The notes beneath the pieces are model-generated. The model was not told the origin of the DNA and searched no databases. It worked only from the letters and a program-made list of their open reading frames with translations. This document shows, piece after piece, positions 22,020 through 26,843 of a stretch of DNA of 26,843 bases. This stretch comes from Octopus sinensis (taxonomy: Eukaryota). Each line of letters opens with the position of its first letter. Position 1 is the stretch's first letter. The position numbers were made by a program, and so were the translations under genes. The DNA is taken from NCBI RefSeq assembly GCF_006345805.1, contig NW_021834089.1, positions 1-26,843 of the forward strand, read 5' to 3'.

Positions 22020-22805
22020 GAAGTTGTTGTTGTTGTTTGAGTTTTTTTCCAGTAAATTATAGAACTAAGAAAACTTGAAAGTTTGGTGAAATATAATGAA
22101 GGAGATAACGACACAAAATAAACACGAATTTTATTTATTCATTATTTCTTTCATTTTTTTTTCTTTGGCAAACATGTTCCCTGAGCTTTTCAGATAAACG
22201 CAACAACCTATTCAATTGAAAGAAAAATAAATTTTTGAAGTAAAAAATAAACAAGCGAATAAACGAATCTTTGATAGCGAAGTGAAAACAGATATTGAGA
22301 AGTTCCCAAGAAAATTAATAACTTTAATATTCCATAAAAGGGTTGGTTAAAATTGGAATACTAGAGATAAAAAAAAAGGTTTTTAGAGCATGTCTGACCT
22401 CATTGAATTAGTTTAAATAAGCAGCTTTGTTTATTTGTATATATTTGTGTGTTTAATTCAGAGTTTTTCTTTTTAGGTTTTCTTTTTTTAAATACGTTAG
22501 ATATCTGTGGGAAAATACAAATAATAAGAATTGAAATTTCACATCGATATTCTTAACTTGAAAATATCAGAGACTCTGGCGTGTTTAAGATGTGAAGGTG
22601 ACCATGAGAATAAAGAACATGAAAATTGAATTACACGGAAGAAACAATTGAGAGAAAAATCACAATGGCGACTATAGAGATGTGACGTCATTCGTTCGGT
22701 ACGTCATTTTTACTTTCGTTTTCGTTGTCGTTTTTCTGCTAGCGCTTTATCATTGTATTGTATTTCACTTTCTTTTCTTTCTTGGGGAGAAATCAATATG
22801 AAACA

Positions 22806-23080
22806 GAGTGGCTAAGTGGCTAGAGGTGTTACATTCACGATCTTAACGTCGTGGTTTCTATTCCCGAACGCGGCGTTGAGTTGTTGTTCATGAAGAAGAC
22901 ACATTCTTTCACGTCCCTCCTCTTCGTTCTGGTATGAATAAATTCCAATAAGTTACTTGGGAAGGTAACTATGCGAAGGACTAGCGTCCAGTCCTGTGGT
23001 AAGTTAGTGCAGTAATCCCAGTCCTTTATACGCCATAGAAAACGGGCCAAGCTCCGGATTTATGAAACTAGGGTTCAAGA
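22806..23080 (+). mobile_element. Old tRNA-derived SINE
   Basis: A-box-like tggctaagtgg, B-box-like ggtttctattccc, tail ggactagcgtcc...acgccatagaaaacggg..aagctccgg..atga. Confidence 0.6.
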
Positions 23081-23205
23081 CCAATCTAAGTCTAAGTTAG
23101 AAGTAATTGGTAAATCGATGTCAAATGTAATATAGAGAGTGAGGGTTCGAATCCAGTCTAAGTTATGTATACCACATTGAATATATATATAATTTTATCC
23201 TAACC

Positions 23206-23246
23206 AAGCAGGCGTTGCTGTGTGGTAAGAAGTTTGCTTCTTACCA
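23206..23246 (+). mobile_element. SINE family A head fragment
   Basis: agcaggcgttgctgtgtggtaagaagtttgcttc matches the 10500-10544 head. Confidence 0.7.
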
Positions 23247-23250
23247 TACA

Positions 23251-23342
23251 GTAAGGCGGCGAGCTGGCAGAAACGTTAGCACACCGGGCGAAATGCTTAG
23301 CGGTATTTCGTCTGCCGCTACTTTCTGAGTTCAACTTCCACC
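23251..23342 (+). mobile_element. SINE family B head (A and B boxes), 3'-truncated
   Basis: gtaaggcggcgagctggcagaaacgttagc...ctgagttcaacttcc. Confidence 0.9.
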
Positions 23343-23987
23343 TAAACATAGAGGGGACAAACAAGGACAGACATAGGTATTAAGTCGATTACATCGATCC
23401 AAGTTCGTTACTGGTACTTAATTTATCGACCTCGAAAGGATGAAAGGCAAAGTCGACCCCGGCGGAATTTGAACTCAGAACGTAACGGCAGACGAAATAC
23501 GGCTACGCATTTCGCCCGGCGTGCTAATGTTTCTTATTTCTTTACTACCCACAAGGAGCTAAACACAGAAAGGACAAACAAGGACAGACAAATGGATTAA
23601 GTCGACTACATCGACCCCAGTTCGTAACTGGTACTTAATTTATCGACCCCGAAAGGATGAAAGACAAAGTCGACCTCGGCGGAATTTGAGCTCAGAACGT
23701 AACGGCAGACGAAATACGGCTACGCATTTCGCCCTGCGTGCTAACGTTTCTTATTTCTTTACTACCTACAAGGGGCTAAACACAGAGAGGACAAACAAGG
23801 ACCGACAAACGGATTAAGTTGATTATATCGACCCCAGTTCGTAACTGGTACTTAATTTATCGACCCCGAAAGGATGAAAGGCAAAGTCGACCTCGGCGGA
23901 ATTTGAACTCAGAACGTAACGGCAGACGAAATACGGCTACGCATTTCGCCCGCTCGTGCTAACGTTTCTGCCAGCTCGCCGCCTTTA
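23343..23987 (-). mobile_element. SINE family B tandem trimer (unit 217-218 bp)
   Basis: tgctaa anchors at 23522, 23739 and 23957; only the unit at the high-coordinate end retains the complete 5' head. Confidence 0.93.
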
Positions 23988-24519
23988 TCGAACCTGAAAT
24001 ACCACGAATGAGACGCAAACTTCTTCAACATTTCATCATGCTTTGTCTGAGTCTCCAACCACACACCCGACCACACAATTCCACTCCACTCCACTCCACA
24101 CATACACACAAATACACACACACACATGCGCACACACATGTGTACACACATATAGACACATCAGTAAGAGGATGGACACAGACTCCAATTCATTATCTGT
24201 CATTGCCCGACGTGCATGCTGTTTCCCCAGTGTGATCAAGCGCAATGGCTTTAGGTCTTTAGTTAAGATCTTCCTTTGATGAATTCTCAACTTTCACAAC
24301 AGCCAATATCTTCAATAGTAGCCGCAGACCATTCTACTACATTTATCTCGTTTCAAAGAGGCCAGAGTCATTTCTTTGTAAAATAAAATGGAAAAAAAAA
24401 ATAGTACAATCTGTAATTTTGTCTTTAACAAATAATATATCTAAAATATAAAATAAAAGAACGATTGAAATTATATTTTTAGATAAAGTTTAAGTAGCCG
24501 TCTAAATATCATCTATTAT

Positions 24520-24935
24520 AGGCACAATGCCCGAAATTTTGTGGGTGAAAATAAGTCGGTTACACCGACTCCAGTACACAACTGGTACTTAATTTATCGA
24601 CCACGAAAAGATGAAAGGCAACATTGACCTCGGCAGAATTTGAAATCAGAACCTATAGACACTTGTATAAAGGCTTATAGGATATATTTTCTACTCTAAG
24701 CACAAGGCCCGAAATTTTGAGCGAGAGGGTGGCAGTCGATTAGATCGACCCCAGTATGCAGCTGGTACTTAATTTATTGACCCCGGAAAGATGAAAGGCA
24801 AAATTCAGCTCGGCGGAATTTGAAATCAGAACGTAGCGACACTTGTATAATGGCTTATAGGATATCTATTCTACTCTAGGCACAAGGCCCGAAATTTTGG
24901 GGGAGAGGGTGCCTGTCGATTAAATCGACCCCAAA
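24520..24935 (-). mobile_element. Tandem array of about 2.3 headless family B-related units (178-180 bp)
   Basis: gcacaa(t/g)gcccgaaattttg at 24522, 24700 and 24880; linker acacttgtataa.ggcttataggatat..ttctactcta. Confidence 0.88.
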
Positions 24936-24990
24936 ATGCAGCATCTGATAGTCACCTCACTATCAGATGTTGTAATAAAATAGTAAAATA

Positions 24991-25826
24991 GTATGTATGT
25001 ATGTATGTATGTATGTATGTATTGTATGTATGTATGTATGTATGTATGTATGTATTATGTATGTATGTATGCATGTATGTATGTATGTATGTATGTATGT
25101 ATGCATGCATGCATGCTTGTATGTATGTATGTATGCATGCATGTGTGTATGTATGTATGTATGTATGTATGTATGTATTATGTATGTATGTATTTTTGTA
25201 TGTATGTATGTATGTATGTATGTGTGTATGTATGTATGTATGTATGTAAGTATTATGTATGTATGTTTGTATGTATGTATGTATGTATGTTTGTATGTAT
25301 GTATGTATTATGTATGTATGTATGTGTGTGTATGTATGTATGTATGTATGTATGTATGTATGTCTGTATGTATGTATGTATGTATGTATGTGTATGTATG
25401 TATGTATGTATGTATGTATGTATGTATGTATGTATGCATGCATGCTTGTATGTATGTATGTATGTATGTATGTATGTATGTATGTATGCATGTGTGTGTG
25501 TATGTATGTATGTATGTATTATGTATGTATGTATTTTTGTATGTATGTATGTATGTATGTGTGTATGTATGTATGTATGTATGTATGTATGTATGTATGT
25601 TTGTATGTATATGTGTGTGTGTATGTATGTATGTATGTGTGTATGTACGTATGTATGTATGTATGTATGTATATATGTGTGTGTATGTATGTATGTAAGT
25701 ATGTATGTATGTATGTAAGTATGTATGTATGTATGTGTATGTATGTATGTATGTATGTATGTATGTATGTATGTATGTATGTGTGTGTGTGTATGTATGT
25801 AATGTATGTATGTATGTATATGTGTG
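24991..25826. repeat. Long (GTAT)n array with variant units
   Basis: Direct reading; source of the long MYVC and HTYI ORFs. Confidence 0.97.
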
Positions 25827-25834
25827 TTTTTGTG

Positions 25835-25890
25835 AGGCCAGAACCACATAGTTGGAAAATGAGCTTCTTTTAACCACACAGCTATACTTC
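25835..25890 (-). mobile_element. SINE family A head fragment, diverged
   Basis: Minus strand tagctgtgtggttaaaagaagctc..ttccaactatgtggttctgg. Confidence 0.55.
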
Positions 25891-26121
25891 GTTATTATTT
25901 TGTTCATTTCCGCTAATATCTACAGTCTAAAATGCCTTACATCTGAATTGTCTTAGTTTTTTTTCCATCTACAGCTGTTTATCATATTTATTCGTGTATA
26001 CGTTGCACTCCTGTATAAAGTGCAGCCCAAATTTAGCGTTAAATCTTGGTACAAAACTTATTCCGTTCATATTCAAACATTGTCGATTATATAAGTCGTA
26101 CCCTTCATTTATGAGTTGAAA

Positions 26122-26514
26122 TCTTTATATATAAAAGTAAGGTTGTGTGTCTGTCTACTCCGATTTTGATTCCTAACTACTCCCACATTTTGCGGTGCAG
26201 TTTAACCAAAACCGGGTATCTTATAGTCGTGATTCATATCGAGCCCTTCTGGGTATTAGCGCGCGTCTACGATGAGTCTACGATTTTTAAAATAATTTAC
26301 CATCATTTTTTCCATTTTAATGCATATTTTTTTAATATAAGGGAAGTAACTCTCTACAAATGTTTACGATGAGTCAACGATTTAAAAAAAATTTACCATC
26401 ATATTTTTTTCATTTTTAATGCATTTTTTTGATATTCTTTTGGCTACAACTCTCTAAAAATGCTTATATAGTTATTTCCCTTACAACCCGAGCAACGCCG
26501 GGCGATACTGCTAG
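26122..26514 (+). mobile_element. Non-autonomous Helitron (393 bp)
   Basis: Starts with TC after A (26121); ends with CTAG (26511-26514) before T; GC hairpin cccgagcaacgccggg (26487-26502) lies 8 nt before CTAG; internal ~95-nt duplication. Confidence 0.85.
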
Positions 26515-26627
26515 TTAAATATAAAATAGCAAAATTTCTACACAGAGAATATGGAACTCTCCTTCGTTTAAGAGATAAATTGCTTCGCTTCTAAGGTCAC
26601 AAGTATCTCTGCATTTGTATGATCCTA

Positions 26628-26843
26628 ATGTGTGGAAGCACTCCGTCGGTTACGACGACGAAGGTTCCGGTTGATCCGAATCAACGGAACAGCCTGCTCG
26701 TGAAATTAACGTGTAAGTGGCTGAGCACTCCACAGACACGTGTACCCTTAACGTAGTTCTCGGGGATATTCAGCGTGACACAGAGAGTGACAAGGCCGGC
26801 CCTTTGAATACAGGTACAACAGAAACAGGAAGTAAGAGTGAGA
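26628..26843 (-). mobile_element. 3' part of a SINE, probably family C with tail type 3; runs off the window end
   Basis: Minus strand starts tctcactcttacttcctgtttctgtt, matching the family C body end (tctcactctttcttctgtt at about 1403-1421), then an unrelated tail ending cgtcgtaaccgacggagtgcttccac. Confidence 0.6.

Noticed and set aside
1231-23342. tRNA genes at A-box/B-box motifs
   Set aside because: All continue into SINE bodies; no complete cloverleaf seen.
23343-24935. Retrozyme interpretation of the 217-bp and 179-bp tandems
   Set aside because: No CUGANGA hammerhead core found in the units.
24952-25907. Long ORFs of 179-241 aa (MYVC.../HTYI...)
   Set aside because: Translations of (GTAT)n; a stop-free repeat, not genes.

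Overview
Eukaryotic, AT-rich and saturated with repeats and microsatellites; most likely an intron or intergenic stretch of a coleoid cephalopod (Octopus-like) genome. The organism is inferred from the recognisable SINE families and is not proven. No protein-coding gene can be supported: almost every ORF in the track is a translated microsatellite or a chance frame in a SINE. The window contains: (i) many copies of at least three tRNA-derived SINE families, called A, B and C here, including tandem multimers, an inverted arrangement and a nested insertion with an 11-bp target-site duplication; (ii) two unrelated 3' fragments of R4/Dong-like non-LTR retrotransposons (restriction-like endonuclease C-terminus) sitting in (TAA)n tracts; (iii) a 393-bp non-autonomous Helitron with all terminal hallmarks; (iv) Penelope-like remnants carrying hammerhead-ribozyme motifs (a minimal one at 6579-6624 and an extended-stem-II type present twice); (v) a 6 x 61-bp minisatellite built from a SINE 3' stem-loop and tail; (vi) long simple repeats, one with higher-order structure. 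A few splice-site-bounded candidate exons and promoter-like motif clusters are flagged at low confidence.
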